NCBI GenBank assembly: GCA_025054735.1 | Contig: JANWZG010000001.1 | Location: forward strand, 1 to 58,198 | Source of the DNA: Cyanobacteriota bacterium | GTDB lineage: Bacteria; Cyanobacteriota; Cyanobacteriia; SKYG9 | Direction of reading: 5' to 3' | Length of the DNA: 58,198 nucleotides | Part shown: one piece after another, positions 39,878-48,553 of the stretch | How the letters are laid out: each line of letters begins with the position of its first letter | How positions within the stretch are numbered: the first letter of the stretch is position 1 | Notes under the pieces: generated by a model | Seen by the model: the letters and a program-made list of their open reading frames with translations, nothing else | Told to the model about the DNA's origin: nothing | Database searches by the model: none | Translations under genes and position numbers: made by a program

Positions 39878-40479
39878 CACATCATGACAGGGAAAGAACA
39901 ACCTGAAGATACCACTATCTGGTGTGGGGAAATACAGACAGTTTATGCAATGAACATTAAAAATCGCTGGCTATTTCAGAGGTAGCTGCTTCCCTGCGAT
40001 GTCCGCGCAAATACATTTGATGGCACCACTACTCTCTCGTCACTCACTCGTCACTCAGATAACCAGCAAAGTGCTTGGCAATACCCTGAACATAAATTTG
40101 CCACATTTCTTTCCGCAGGGCTAGTCTATCTGGGGTAAGGGCAGTGTATTGTCCTCACCGATCGTTAGGGCACCGCTTCCAACCAAGCAATCCTGCTTCT
40201 CCCCATTTGGGAGAAGGGGCTGAGGGATGAAAGTCTGCAAAGGTGACATGCTCCCGAACCTAATGCTAGCAGGTACCTTTTCAGGTATATCCCTATTAGT
40301 AGCTTGAGGCAGCATAACGGCAGTGCAGCAGCGGCAGATAGCCTTGAACTCTCACCGATAGCCTCTGTACCGTCCGCACCAACGCAGTGTTAAGGCGCTG
40401 GCTAGCGCTAACCAACTGATTGCGAAATCTTAATACTTATCAATCGAGGAGTCGCTAGTTATAATTTCTTGAATAATCT

Positions 40480-40705
40480 CTCACTTTTCCAAGGTACTCT
40501 TTACCAAGTGGTCACGATAGAGGTTATTCCAGATTTTTCTCTGCCAATACTTGAAATCTTGAGAAGGAGCTGTGTTAAGACACTTGTATACGTGCCCAAA
40601 ATAGCCATCAGCAAAAATAACAACTCTAATTTTTGAAAAACAAAGTTAAGTTTTTCCAGGCGATCCATCTAGTAATATCAAATACTTTAAATAGCAAAAT
40701 AAGCT
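40480..40705 (-). pseudogene. vsr: Decayed very-short-patch-repair endonuclease (vsr) remnant immediately downstream of the C5-methyltransferase
   Basis: Minus-strand frame 40644-40483 reads LLFSKIRVVIFADGYFGHVYKCLNTAPSQDFKYWQRKIWNNLYRDHLVKSTLEK*. This aligns with the E. coli Vsr core CVIFTHGCFWHHHHCYLFKVPATRTEFWLEKIGKNVERDRRDISRL. An upstream piece (LLDGSPGKT*, cf. LPGRPDF) is in another frame. The N-terminal half and the C-terminal GW..WEC are missing. The conserved HGC position reads DGY. Confidence 0.55.
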
Positions 40706-40721
40706 TCATTTCATTTACTTA

Positions 40722-41690
40722 TCAAACATGCCTGCCATAACCATAAATACTCTCAAATAACTTCAACTGAATATCGGGAAAATGATAAACATTATTAGAG
40801 TCATCTCTAATATATTCAAGAATACATTTGGCTACGTACTCGGCAAGCTTTACGGGAACCGCATTGCCAATCATTTGCTCTAAGTCTGTCTTATTCCCCT
40901 CAAATTTGAAGGTTTTAGGAAATGTTTGGATATAGCTCCGCTCAATAGTAGTTAAAGGTCGTAAGTCTTCAGTAATATCACATGGGTCTCCCTTATGCTT
41001 CTTATATGTTTTTGGAATTGGTCGATTAACTCCGCGAACTGTTGGACTAGGTTCATAAATACTAAAAACAGCTCTCCTCTTATAGCTTCTAGGATGACGA
41101 TAGAAATACTCAATTCCCAAACTGTGACCTAAGTAATCAAAGACCGTCATAGGTTTTTTTGACTGATTTTTTCTTAAGTAATAATTCAAAGCATCGTCTA
41201 TTCCATGAAGTTGACCAATTAGAAAATATCGCTTTCTAACTTGAGGAACACCACACAAACTCGCATCAAGCATTACAGAAGTTAAGCCATATTCACTTTC
41301 TTTGAATATCTGTAGTGCTGATCTCAAAACTTGACTTTTGGCAATCCTCTCAACGTTCTCCATAACAAACCATTGAGGCTTAATGTAAGCAATGATATCC
41401 GCAAAACTCAAGGTCAAGTCTGCCCTGCCAAGACTTTCATCTCTTTTCCCTGCGCTCGAAAAATCCTGGCATGGAGGTCCCCCAATGATTATTTCTGGTT
41501 TTAATTGAGCGATAGTTTCACACGCATCGCTTTTTGAAAGATCCATATTAAAAATAGGATGCCGAAAGTTATTCTTGTACACTTCAATCGCCGGCAGCCA
41601 AGAATCAAACGCTGCGACTATGTCAAATCCAGCATTTTGGAAACCAAGTGACAAACCTCCACAACCACAAAATAGATCAACTGTCCTCAT
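40722..41690 (-). CDS. DNA (cytosine-5)-methyltransferase
   Basis: 322 aa with motif I (DLFCGCGG), motif IV (GGPPCQDFS), motif VI (ENV), motif VIII (QVRKRYF) and motif X (GNAVP). Confidence 0.92.
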   Translation of the reverse strand: MRTVDLFCGCGGLSLGFQNAGFDIVAAFDSWLPAIEVYKNNFRHPIFNMDLSKSDACETIAQLKPEIIIGGPPCQDFSSAGKRDESLGRADLTLSFADIIAYIKPQWFVMENVERIAKSQVLRSALQIFKESEYGLTSVMLDASLCGVPQVRKRYFLIGQLHGIDDALNYYLRKNQSKKPMTVFDYLGHSLGIEYFYRHPRSYKRRAVFSIYEPSPTVRGVNRPIPKTYKKHKGDPCDITEDLRPLTTIERSYIQTFPKTFKFEGNKTDLEQMIGNAVPVKLAEYVAKCILEYIRDDSNNVYHFPDIQLKLFESIYGYGRHV

Positions 41691-41715
41691 TGCTAAGACA
41701 TGAATTTAGATTTCT

Positions 41716-42810
41716 CTAATTAAATAAATCAGGAGAATTATAAATTATAGCGTCAAATCTCCTTTCAGGACTTAACAAGTTTTGACCTCCGCCTAAAATA
41801 ATTTCTTTAATTTCATCCTTTTGAATCCTTGGCATTCTTAAAACTTCTGATCTCATATAAAGATTTGTAAATCTCCCATTAACTGAAAAAGCTTTATCAT
41901 TTTTCGTATTATATGCAATATCAATAATTCTTCCCTGATCAAATTGAGACTGCAGGCTAAAATCATAAATCATCTTAAAGAGCCAAACAATGGCACGAAT
42001 ATGTCTACCAATAGTTATCGTTTGAGTTAAATTTCTATCTAATCTGCTCGAATCTAAAATTAGTTTTATAAAAGCAAGATTGCTCCAAATAAATACATCT
42101 AAACAGTTATCCGCAAGCTTAGGAGATTTTCCCATAGTTTTCCATATAGGCTGCATTATAGAAGGCTTTTGTGCTTCTATCATTGCCAATATGATTGCTC
42201 TGATGGAGGCAAACATATTAGAGAGATGGGGTATTACTTCTAGAGGTTCTGTCCAATCATTTATTTCCTCAAAATTTCCTGTAATCAAACTTTGAAGCAA
42301 ATTAATATTCTGTTCAAAATATTCAGCAATACTACAAGCTAGATAGACAATAGTATCAGGTCTTACAACTATTTCACATCCATAAAGATTCTCGTCTAAA
42401 AAGTCACATGTTGAGTTATCTGGTAACGCTGTTAACTTTATTTCAACCGCTTGTAAGCAAGCCCCGGTGTCTCTTCGCTGAGTCACCAGATCTGCTCTTG
42501 GAAGAGCACCAATCAAGTATTTTTGATATGGTGTAAATTGAGTTTCAAAAGCGTAAAAAATATTCTCTGAGTTTGGGTCAATTCTGTAAAAGGATTTTGT
42601 ACTGATACTTGAATGTTCAATTTCTAAATTTGAGTTGAGAATGATATATATGCTGTCGAGATTTTTACTGTATAAGTAAGAACAAAGAGAAGCTGGAAAC
42701 GATGTGTTAAAACAATTTTTGCCCCAGGCTTCCTTTTGAGTAAAGTCTCGATTGCAATACCTTAACGCAAATAATCCAGGTTGCTGTTTTGGGCTATTTC
42801 TTGAAATCAC
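41716..42810 (-). CDS. Probable type II restriction endonuclease partner of the C5-MTase; family not assignable by eye
   Basis: 364-aa intact ORF, 25 nt upstream of the MTase on the same strand, sharing the same extreme AT-richness. An EIKLTALPDNST segment resembles catalytic E-x-K regions of several type II REase families. Confidence 0.55.
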   Translation of the reverse strand: MISRNSPKQQPGLFALRYCNRDFTQKEAWGKNCFNTSFPASLCSYLYSKNLDSIYIILNSNLEIEHSSISTKSFYRIDPNSENIFYAFETQFTPYQKYLIGALPRADLVTQRRDTGACLQAVEIKLTALPDNSTCDFLDENLYGCEIVVRPDTIVYLACSIAEYFEQNINLLQSLITGNFEEINDWTEPLEVIPHLSNMFASIRAIILAMIEAQKPSIMQPIWKTMGKSPKLADNCLDVFIWSNLAFIKLILDSSRLDRNLTQTITIGRHIRAIVWLFKMIYDFSLQSQFDQGRIIDIAYNTKNDKAFSVNGRFTNLYMRSEVLRMPRIQKDEIKEIILGGGQNLLSPERRFDAIIYNSPDLFN

Positions 42811-43151
42811 AAGCTACAACTACAAAAACAATTCAGTTGGTCAGTTTACTCTAAATCAATCATTTAGAGTAAATGGCTCTTCTGGGTTCGTGATCGAACT
42901 GTATATTAGGATGCATTTGATGGTACTGAAAGTGCTGAAGCCTTGTTAGGCAAAGTATAAATCTGGCTTATTACCGGATACTCAGAAGATCTGGTTAGAT
43001 CAGGACGATTGTACCATAAATTGTCTTACAATATCCTAGCTCTCTCGATGATTCTCAACCCGTCCATTACAGCCAAATTACTGAAACGTAGGACTAGGAC
43101 ATAATGCTTTGTCTTCTTCCTACCAGCTAAATGAAGTGACCTAACTACGTG

Positions 43152-43319
43152 TCAAGCACCAAGTTGACCGCAGAGGTAATGTTCCATGGGATAGGCATAA
43201 ACCGTTTTCTCGGCACCACCATGCACTGTCAAATCTGCCTGTTGATCACCGTCTAGATTGAGCGATCGCATCATCATTCGTCCCTTAAAGTACCTGTTGC
43301 GACTACCTTTCCCTTCCCT
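43152..43319 (-). pseudogene. Internal fragment of a MOSC-domain (YiiM-like) gene
   Basis: The minus strand reads ...REGKGSRNRYFKGRMMMRSLNLDGDQQADLTVHGGAEKTVYAYPMEHY..., bounded by stops at 43320-43322 and 43152-43154. It matches the YiiM motif LNLDGD.QADL..HGG..KAVYAYP but spans fewer than 60 codons. Confidence 0.5.
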
Positions 43320-43509
43320 TCACGCAGCAAGCCAACACAAACTGAAATCAACCTCATAGCAGCTCCAATTACACGGCTCAGTAAAGGATGAATTTAGATG
43401 ATGCCAGTGCGCTAGTGGATGGACGCAGTTCTCTTAATGTACGGGGAGGAACTTCCACAATCAATCTCTATAGCCCAATGGGGCGTATTTTTCCTAAGGA
43501 GAGATCGGA

Positions 43510-43854
43510 CTAAGTTTGTCGCTTTTTCTTCTTATCAGGAAGAAATACTATTGCAAGTAGGGCAGGAGGAAAGAGAGCAAACAACCCATACAAAGGAGAA
43601 TATCCTTTTGCCTGAGCTAGTGTAGTGCAAGCCCACGAAAATAGAGCATAAAGGATTATGTAGTAAGTTGCTTTGCCTACAAAGAGTGCATCAGAGATAG
43701 AGAGAATATTAGAATCAAGCAAAACTCTCAAAATAATTGCAATTACAAGCTCTCCAAGGAATAGAAAAATCCATACAATGATGCCCAGTAGCTTGGCTCG
43801 ACGCTCGTATTTTTGAATCATATTAGATCCTGAAACTATGGTTATATTCATCAA
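43510..43854 (-). CDS. Small hypothetical membrane protein
   Basis: 114 aa with 3 hydrophobic helices and a KKKKRQT tail. AT-rich. Confidence 0.4.
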   Translation of the reverse strand: MMNITIVSGSNMIQKYERRAKLLGIIVWIFLFLGELVIAIILRVLLDSNILSISDALFVGKATYYIILYALFSWACTTLAQAKGYSPLYGLFALFPPALLAIVFLPDKKKKRQT

Positions 43855-43936
43855 AGCAGATATGCCTAGAATGCCTAATAGATAGAAAAGATGCTGAGCT
43901 AAATTTTTAACTTTCTCTCTCCATGCTCCATTTTTA

Positions 43937-44818
43937 TCAAGTGGATGGCTGCACTACTGAAATGCCTGATATTTTGAGTTGACCGTTAGTGCGGCGCAGG
44001 TAGTAGCGCACAGTAGTGGTTTTCCAGCCGCTAGCACGGGTGTTGAGTTGTCCGTTTTCAAAATAGGTGATGTATTCACCAACGCGAACCTCAATGATGG
44101 CTGCTCCAGATTGGTCGGCGCTGAACATGCGAGTTTCTTCAATACCTTGTGCCCCATATTCGTACCAAGCGTTGTTTCGTCGCAAGAATGCAACAGGGCC
44201 GTTGTCGCTTAGCAATTCTTGACGCAGGTTGCCTGTGGTTAGCTCTTCGATGCGTTGTCGGCTGTAGGGTGGCGCAAAAATTTCTCGCTTTGCCTGCAAC
44301 CATCGATTCACCAAGTTTCTGGCTTGCTCACGGGTTATTGCGCCGCCATTACGAGCACTAGTTTGTAAGGATGTGGTGGAGAATCCTCCATTGGGTCGGC
44401 GACGCTCGCAGATATAGCGCAGTGTAGCGTCTCCATTGGTGTCAGGTATGACAGTGGTTAAATTTGTGGGGACGGTGAGATAGCTTTGGTCAAAGCTGTC
44501 AACTACTTCACCATAGTGATCGTGGTAAACCGCTCGCAGTGCTCCTATTTGTTGAGTTGTACAGTTTACGTACATCAACATAGTTGAACTTCGATGTCGG
44601 CGGTAGCCATAGGATTGATCTTCAAAAAATACAATTCTTTGCCAAAACGTTCTGCTATCGCCTGTGCCTCTGATGCTGTCTACATCAACTTCACCAGTTG
44701 CCCTAGAGTTACTCCAAATCGTAACCCATTGCCTTGCCAAGGCAGGAGTTGCCTGTAATGTGAGCATGCCAGACATGAGAGTAGCTAAACTAACAAGTAG
44801 AGTGCGCCATGTAACCAT
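43937..44818 (-). CDS. Secreted protein with a C-terminal DUF4101 (ARC6/Ftn2 IMS-like) domain
   Basis: 293 aa with a signal peptide (LVSLATLMSGMLTLQATPALA). The C-terminal region (AR NLVNRWLQAKREIFAPPY...VRYYLRRTNGQLKI) follows the DUF4101 pattern as remembered. Confidence 0.5.
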   Translation of the reverse strand: MVTWRTLLVSLATLMSGMLTLQATPALARQWVTIWSNSRATGEVDVDSIRGTGDSRTFWQRIVFFEDQSYGYRRHRSSTMLMYVNCTTQQIGALRAVYHDHYGEVVDSFDQSYLTVPTNLTTVIPDTNGDATLRYICERRRPNGGFSTTSLQTSARNGGAITREQARNLVNRWLQAKREIFAPPYSRQRIEELTTGNLRQELLSDNGPVAFLRRNNAWYEYGAQGIEETRMFSADQSGAAIIEVRVGEYITYFENGQLNTRASGWKTTTVRYYLRRTNGQLKISGISVVQPST

Positions 44819-45203
44819 AGAACAAATGATGCGTTAGAGGTAAGCAATTAGAGCAAACCTGGCAAAGCTAGCTTGCAATCTAGAATCTTTAGAAATTCTT
44901 AAGATATTTTATGTTTATACTCACATAACTCGTGTCTGACTACACCTGTAGTTTCACTGAGAAAATTTGCTGCGATCGTCCCTAATATTTGATGCGTGGT
45001 GGAGCTGGAGATGATCGTCAAGCATTTCATCATCCAGACTTAAACTAGATGATGTCTTCCTGTGTTTACCTCAAGACGACATGACGCTGCGAAATCCTTG
45101 TAGGACATCATGCATTGGCTTGTACAACATTAAGCCCTTGTTACAAGACTAGTATCATGTCAGTGAATTGGGCATTTTTGGCTCCTACATTTGGTAAGAG
45201 TAG

Positions 45204-45368
45204 ACAGAAACGAGTGATGTTGATGTCCCAGTAGAGTTTTCTGCAACACCGAGCCTACTACGGCAAGTAGAAGACTATTTGCGAGACATGTTGGATGCTG
45301 TTGCGGCAATTGAACAGTTTACGGTGGATATTGATTGGCAAGATTTCTCACAACGGCAAGGTAAGTAG
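45204..45368 (+). pseudogene. Collapsed MNT-HepT (nucleotidyltransferase/DUF86) toxin-antitoxin remnant
   Basis: An open frame after TAG 45201-45203 reads TETSDVDVPVEFSATPSLLRQVEDYLRDMLDAVAAIEQFTVDIDWQDFSQRQGK*. SDVDV.VEF...SLL resembles the MNT core. YLRDMLDAVAAIEQF resembles the HepT/DUF86 N-terminus. Both are far too short to be functional. Confidence 0.4.
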
Positions 45369-45374
45369 TTACGG

Positions 45375-45791
45375 TTAAGTATTGTGATGGATTGCTAGCT
45401 CGATGAAGCCAGTTTGAGGGTCGAACTGGCGATCGAACACGATTCCCTGACACTCTCCATAGACAATCTCGGCAGTAGTGTAAATTAGGCAGCCGTCACA
45501 GACATGACCGCCGATTGTGCGTCCTGTGTGGTCGGCGATCGCCATGTGCAGGTGAATGCCGTGCTGAGAGAATAACCCGCTCAGGGCGAGGATTTCAAAT
45601 CTGCCAGGGAGGATGGTGGGGGTTGGCTGGTCAGCATAGCGAATGGCGGCTTGGGTGAGGCTACCGATCGCCGAGAGGATAAACCCAGCGTGGATGGATT
45701 GGTTAACGGCGATTGTCAGGAGGCTCTGACGCAGGTCATCACCAGGATTCAGGCGCAAGGCATGGGGGGCAAGCGATGTTGAACGATGCAT
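45375..45791 (-). CDS. PPC/DUF296-domain protein
   Basis: 138 aa. LRLNPGDDLRQSL...GFILSAIGSLTQAAIRY...FEILALSG...HLHMAIADHTGRTIGGHV follows the PPC-domain pattern. Confidence 0.6.
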   Translation of the reverse strand: MHRSTSLAPHALRLNPGDDLRQSLLTIAVNQSIHAGFILSAIGSLTQAAIRYADQPTPTILPGRFEILALSGLFSQHGIHLHMAIADHTGRTIGGHVCDGCLIYTTAEIVYGECQGIVFDRQFDPQTGFIELAIHHNT

Positions 45792-45850
45792 GTTAACAAT
45801 GATAACGATAGTGACTTAGTGATAGCAGCGCATGGAAAATCCATAGATGC

Positions 45851-46498
45851 CTATTGGCTAAGACACTGCCTGACAAAAGCTCGGAATGTTTTCTCAGCTT
45901 CGATTTCATCCTGTTGAGCTTGGTTCAAAAAATCATAGAGGTATACCTTTTCTACCCAAGGGAAGGTAGGACTACGATCGCACACCTGATACATCCCATC
46001 TTGGAGAGCATAGATTTGCCAGTCTTGTCCATCGTAGCGCCACAACTCAGGAACTCCTATGGCAGCATAGAGGCGATTTTTGTCAATATTAGTGTGGGTG
46101 ATGTCCACTTCCACAACTAGGTCTGGAGGGGGGTCTTGTGTTAAGTCTATTGAGCGCCCTGCTACTTGAGGCTGGTGTCGGATGTAGTAAGCATTGTCTG
46201 GTTCTGCACCACGGTCTAAGTCTGGTCGGTTTAGCGTTGTGGAACGTAGGGACTTCAGTTTTAACCCCATTTCTCCCACTAATATGCGGATAAACAACCC
46301 AATTAGCTCGCTAGCATACTCATGGTGTTCTAAGGGCATAACAATTTCTAAGGTTCCCCGATCGTAGGTCAGACGGGCAGCGCGACTTTCGGGTAGAACT
46401 TGGAGAATCTGCTGATAGGCTTGCCACGTTAACCCATACAATGTCACACGCTGTTCACCGAAGTGTTCCTGAGGCACGGGTGGTGCAATGGCAATCAT
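45851..46498 (-). CDS. Uma2-family (DUF820) putative endonuclease
   Basis: 215 aa with LTYDRGTLEIVMPLEHHE...PDLVVEV..., typical of Uma2. Confidence 0.8.
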   Translation of the reverse strand: MIAIAPPVPQEHFGEQRVTLYGLTWQAYQQILQVLPESRAARLTYDRGTLEIVMPLEHHEYASELIGLFIRILVGEMGLKLKSLRSTTLNRPDLDRGAEPDNAYYIRHQPQVAGRSIDLTQDPPPDLVVEVDITHTNIDKNRLYAAIGVPELWRYDGQDWQIYALQDGMYQVCDRSPTFPWVEKVYLYDFLNQAQQDEIEAEKTFRAFVRQCLSQ

Positions 46499-46543
46499 AG
46501 GGGGCGCATTTCCCGATGAATCAGACCTAGTTTCATTATGATG

Positions 46544-47272
46544 CTAGTTGCTGCTGAGTTGATGGGTGATCTGCTGGAGAGCATTGATATCTGCACTGCA
46601 AATAGTGGTGAGGTTTTCGGTGATGGTGGTAATATCCCAATCCCACCAGCAGATGCTGAGGAGGGCGTTGATGGTGCTGTCGTCAAAGCGCTTGCGGATG
46701 GGTGTGGCTGGGTTGCCGCCGACGATCGTATAGGGTTCCACATTGCGGGTGACAACAGACTTGCTGGCGACGATCGCCCCGTCACCGATCTGGATTCCTG
46801 GCATGATGGTGGCATTGTAGCCAATCCAAACATCGTTGCCGATGACGGTATCTCCTTTGTGGGGCCAGCTTTCTGGCATTGCCTTCTCCCATCCGTTGCC
46901 AAACACAGGGAACGGATAGGTAGTGAACCAATCAGTGCGGTGGTTGCCGCCGTTCATGATGAAGGTAGTTTTTGCTGCGATCGAGCAAAACTTACCGATG
47001 ATCAGCCGATCGCCCTCGAAGTCGAAATGGTAGAGAACGTTGCGCTCAAAGCCTTCGGGGTCTTCGGGGTCGTCATAGTAGGTGTAGTCACCGACGATGA
47101 TCATGGGGTGGGTCACCACATTTTTCAGGTAAACCAAGCGCGTTTGTCCCCCTAGGGGGTATTTCGTATCAGGGGAAGGTCCAAACACAGGTGATCGTTT
47201 AATTGAGCTACTGGTAGAACCGTAGCATAGCACTCTTATTTCCAGACTGCACCTAGTATTGGTCGGGGTCAA
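46544..47272 (-). CDS. Vat/CatB-type xenobiotic (streptogramin A / chloramphenicol-class) O-acetyltransferase, hexapeptide-repeat
   Basis: YHFDFEGDRLIIGKFCSIAAKTTFIMNGGNHRTDWFTTYPFPVFGNGWE...GDTVIGNDVWIGYNATIMPGIQIGDGAIVASKSVV...GGNPA..IRKRFD...WWDW closely tracks Vat proteins. The true start may be GTG 47188 rather than ATG 47272. Confidence 0.85.
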   Translation of the reverse strand: MTPTNTRCSLEIRVLCYGSTSSSIKRSPVFGPSPDTKYPLGGQTRLVYLKNVVTHPMIIVGDYTYYDDPEDPEGFERNVLYHFDFEGDRLIIGKFCSIAAKTTFIMNGGNHRTDWFTTYPFPVFGNGWEKAMPESWPHKGDTVIGNDVWIGYNATIMPGIQIGDGAIVASKSVVTRNVEPYTIVGGNPATPIRKRFDDSTINALLSICWWDWDITTITENLTTICSADINALQQITHQLSSN

Positions 47273-48155
47273 TGCCTTGCGCTCGGAGGAGGTCGGCTAG
47301 GCGCTGCGATCGTAGTCGTTCTTGCTCTGCCTGGTATTCGGCTTGTTCTGCTCGCAGCCGTTCCTGTTCTGCTTGGTGTTCGGCTTGTTCTGCCCGCAGT
47401 CGCTCCTGTTCTGCCTGGTGCTCGGCTTGCTCTGCTCGGAGCCGCTCTTGGACAGTTAAGGTTTCTAGCTCGTCCGATCGCAGCAGACGCTCACCGGTCT
47501 GTCCATCTTGAATGACTAACCGACCATCTTGCAAACTAATCCACAGGTCTAGGGTTTGGCAGTAGATACGTCCGTCGTCATCCGGGCTGATGGGTTGATA
47601 GGTTCCTAATGGTGTCAGACGGTAGCCTAGTACCTCGTCGATCATCTGTTCTCGATAGGGACGACGGTCAACGATCACATATTCCTGAACTCTAGCAGTG
47701 GCGTAGTGTAGGACTTTGATTTCGCGATCGGCTTTGCGATAGCGGGGCGAAACCACCTCTAGCACAAAGGCAGGACGTACTCCTTCGTTTGACACAATAA
47801 ACTTGGTGCGGTTTTGCTCCTTGTTGCGGATGCCAAAAGCAACGCAAACATCGGGGGAGTGAACCTTCAGATCGGGGATATCCCACTCGATGAGTAGATC
47901 GTGAAATACACCAACATCGGAGCGATCGGCATAGCGACGGGCAGTGATATCTTTTGCGTCTAGGCTAGCTTGGTCATGGAAAGTGCTGTTGGGCAAACGG
48001 TAGTCCTCCTGGGGATGCAAAAATTCCTCCTCTGTCAGGGGCACCATTACCTCCGTCGTGGTGCCGTCAGCCAGCACAATCGTCTCATAGCGCCAGCCGC
48101 ACTCTGCCAATTCAGTAGACAAGTCAGTGGGAATAGTTGTCGTCACTATAGTCAT
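47253..48155 (-). CDS. Uma2-family putative endonuclease with a C-terminal coiled-coil repeat extension
   Basis: The start is placed at ATG 48155, preceded by AGGAGA; the track ORF extends to 48203. It has a Uma2 core (PDVCVAFG..., FVLEVVSP) followed by ERLRAEQAE(H/Y)QAEQ x3. Confidence 0.75.
   Translation of the reverse strand: MTIVTTTIPTDLSTELAECGWRYETIVLADGTTTEVMVPLTEEEFLHPQEDYRLPNSTFHDQASLDAKDITARRYADRSDVGVFHDLLIEWDIPDLKVHSPDVCVAFGIRNKEQNRTKFIVSNEGVRPAFVLEVVSPRYRKADREIKVLHYATARVQEYVIVDRRPYREQMIDEVLGYRLTPLGTYQPISPDDDGRIYCQTLDLWISLQDGRLVIQDGQTGERLLRSDELETLTVQERLRAEQAEHQAEQERLRAEQAEHQAEQERLRAEQAEYQAEQERLRSQRLADLLRAQGIDPDQY
47317..47442. repeat. Three in-frame 42-bp tandem repeats
   Basis: Units are 47317-47358, 47359-47400 and 47401-47442, aligned by hand. 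They encode the 14-aa ERLRAEQAEHQAEQ repeats. Confidence 0.85.
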
Positions 48156-48174
48156 GAAGCGTCTCCTGCAATGG

Positions 48175-48516
48175 CTATTTGTTAAATACCGACGATACAA
48201 CAATGGTCACTGTCGCGGCGGCAATCAGGCTAAAGGCTAGCTGTACGACCCACTGGGTAGCTTTCTGGTAGGTCTCAAATTTGTCGTTAAACATACTGAC
48301 TTCTTGCTTGTAGCCTAGGACTTCTTGCTTGTAGTTCAGGACTTCCTGTTTGTATTCAGCTACTTCATGCCGATAGCTTTCTACATCCTGCCGGAGCTGC
48401 TGGACTTCGGCCAAGACCGATCGCATCTGTTGGACTTCGGCCAAAACCAACTGCATCATCTGCCGGAGATCGTCTAGTAACTCAGTAGATGGCTGTGATG
48501 ATTCAGCGGATGACAT
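48175..48516 (-). CDS. Hypothetical coiled-coil protein with a C-terminal TM anchor
   Basis: 113 aa with heptad repeats (YKQEVL x3) and a hydrophobic tail (VVQLAFSLIAAATVTIVVSSV). Confidence 0.4.
   Translation of the reverse strand: MSSAESSQPSTELLDDLRQMMQLVLAEVQQMRSVLAEVQQLRQDVESYRHEVAEYKQEVLNYKQEVLGYKQEVSMFNDKFETYQKATQWVVQLAFSLIAAATVTIVVSSVFNK
48298..48360. repeat. Three in-frame 21-bp tandem repeats
   Basis: GACTTCTTGCTTGTAGCCTAG, GACTTCTTGCTTGTAGTTCAG and GACTTCCTGTTTGTATTCAGC, read directly. Confidence 0.8.
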
Positions 48517-48553
48517 GAGAGCTAGTTCAAGATGACTAGTTTCATCATACTGC

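Noticed and set aside
40040-40100. A minus-strand mini-ORF, MWQIYVQGIAKHFAGYLSDE*, and an 11-nt direct repeat (TCGTCACTCA x2) beside the bactofilin gene.
   Set aside because: Too short, with no family recognisable. It may be another gene fragment but cannot be supported.
40196-40216. Hairpin CTTCTCCC-CATTT-GGGAGAAG inside the dubious ORF 40121-40315. It resembles a repeat seen in other cyanobacterial genomes.
   Set aside because: Only one copy is in this window, so a repeat family cannot be supported here. The overlapping 64-aa ORF has no support.
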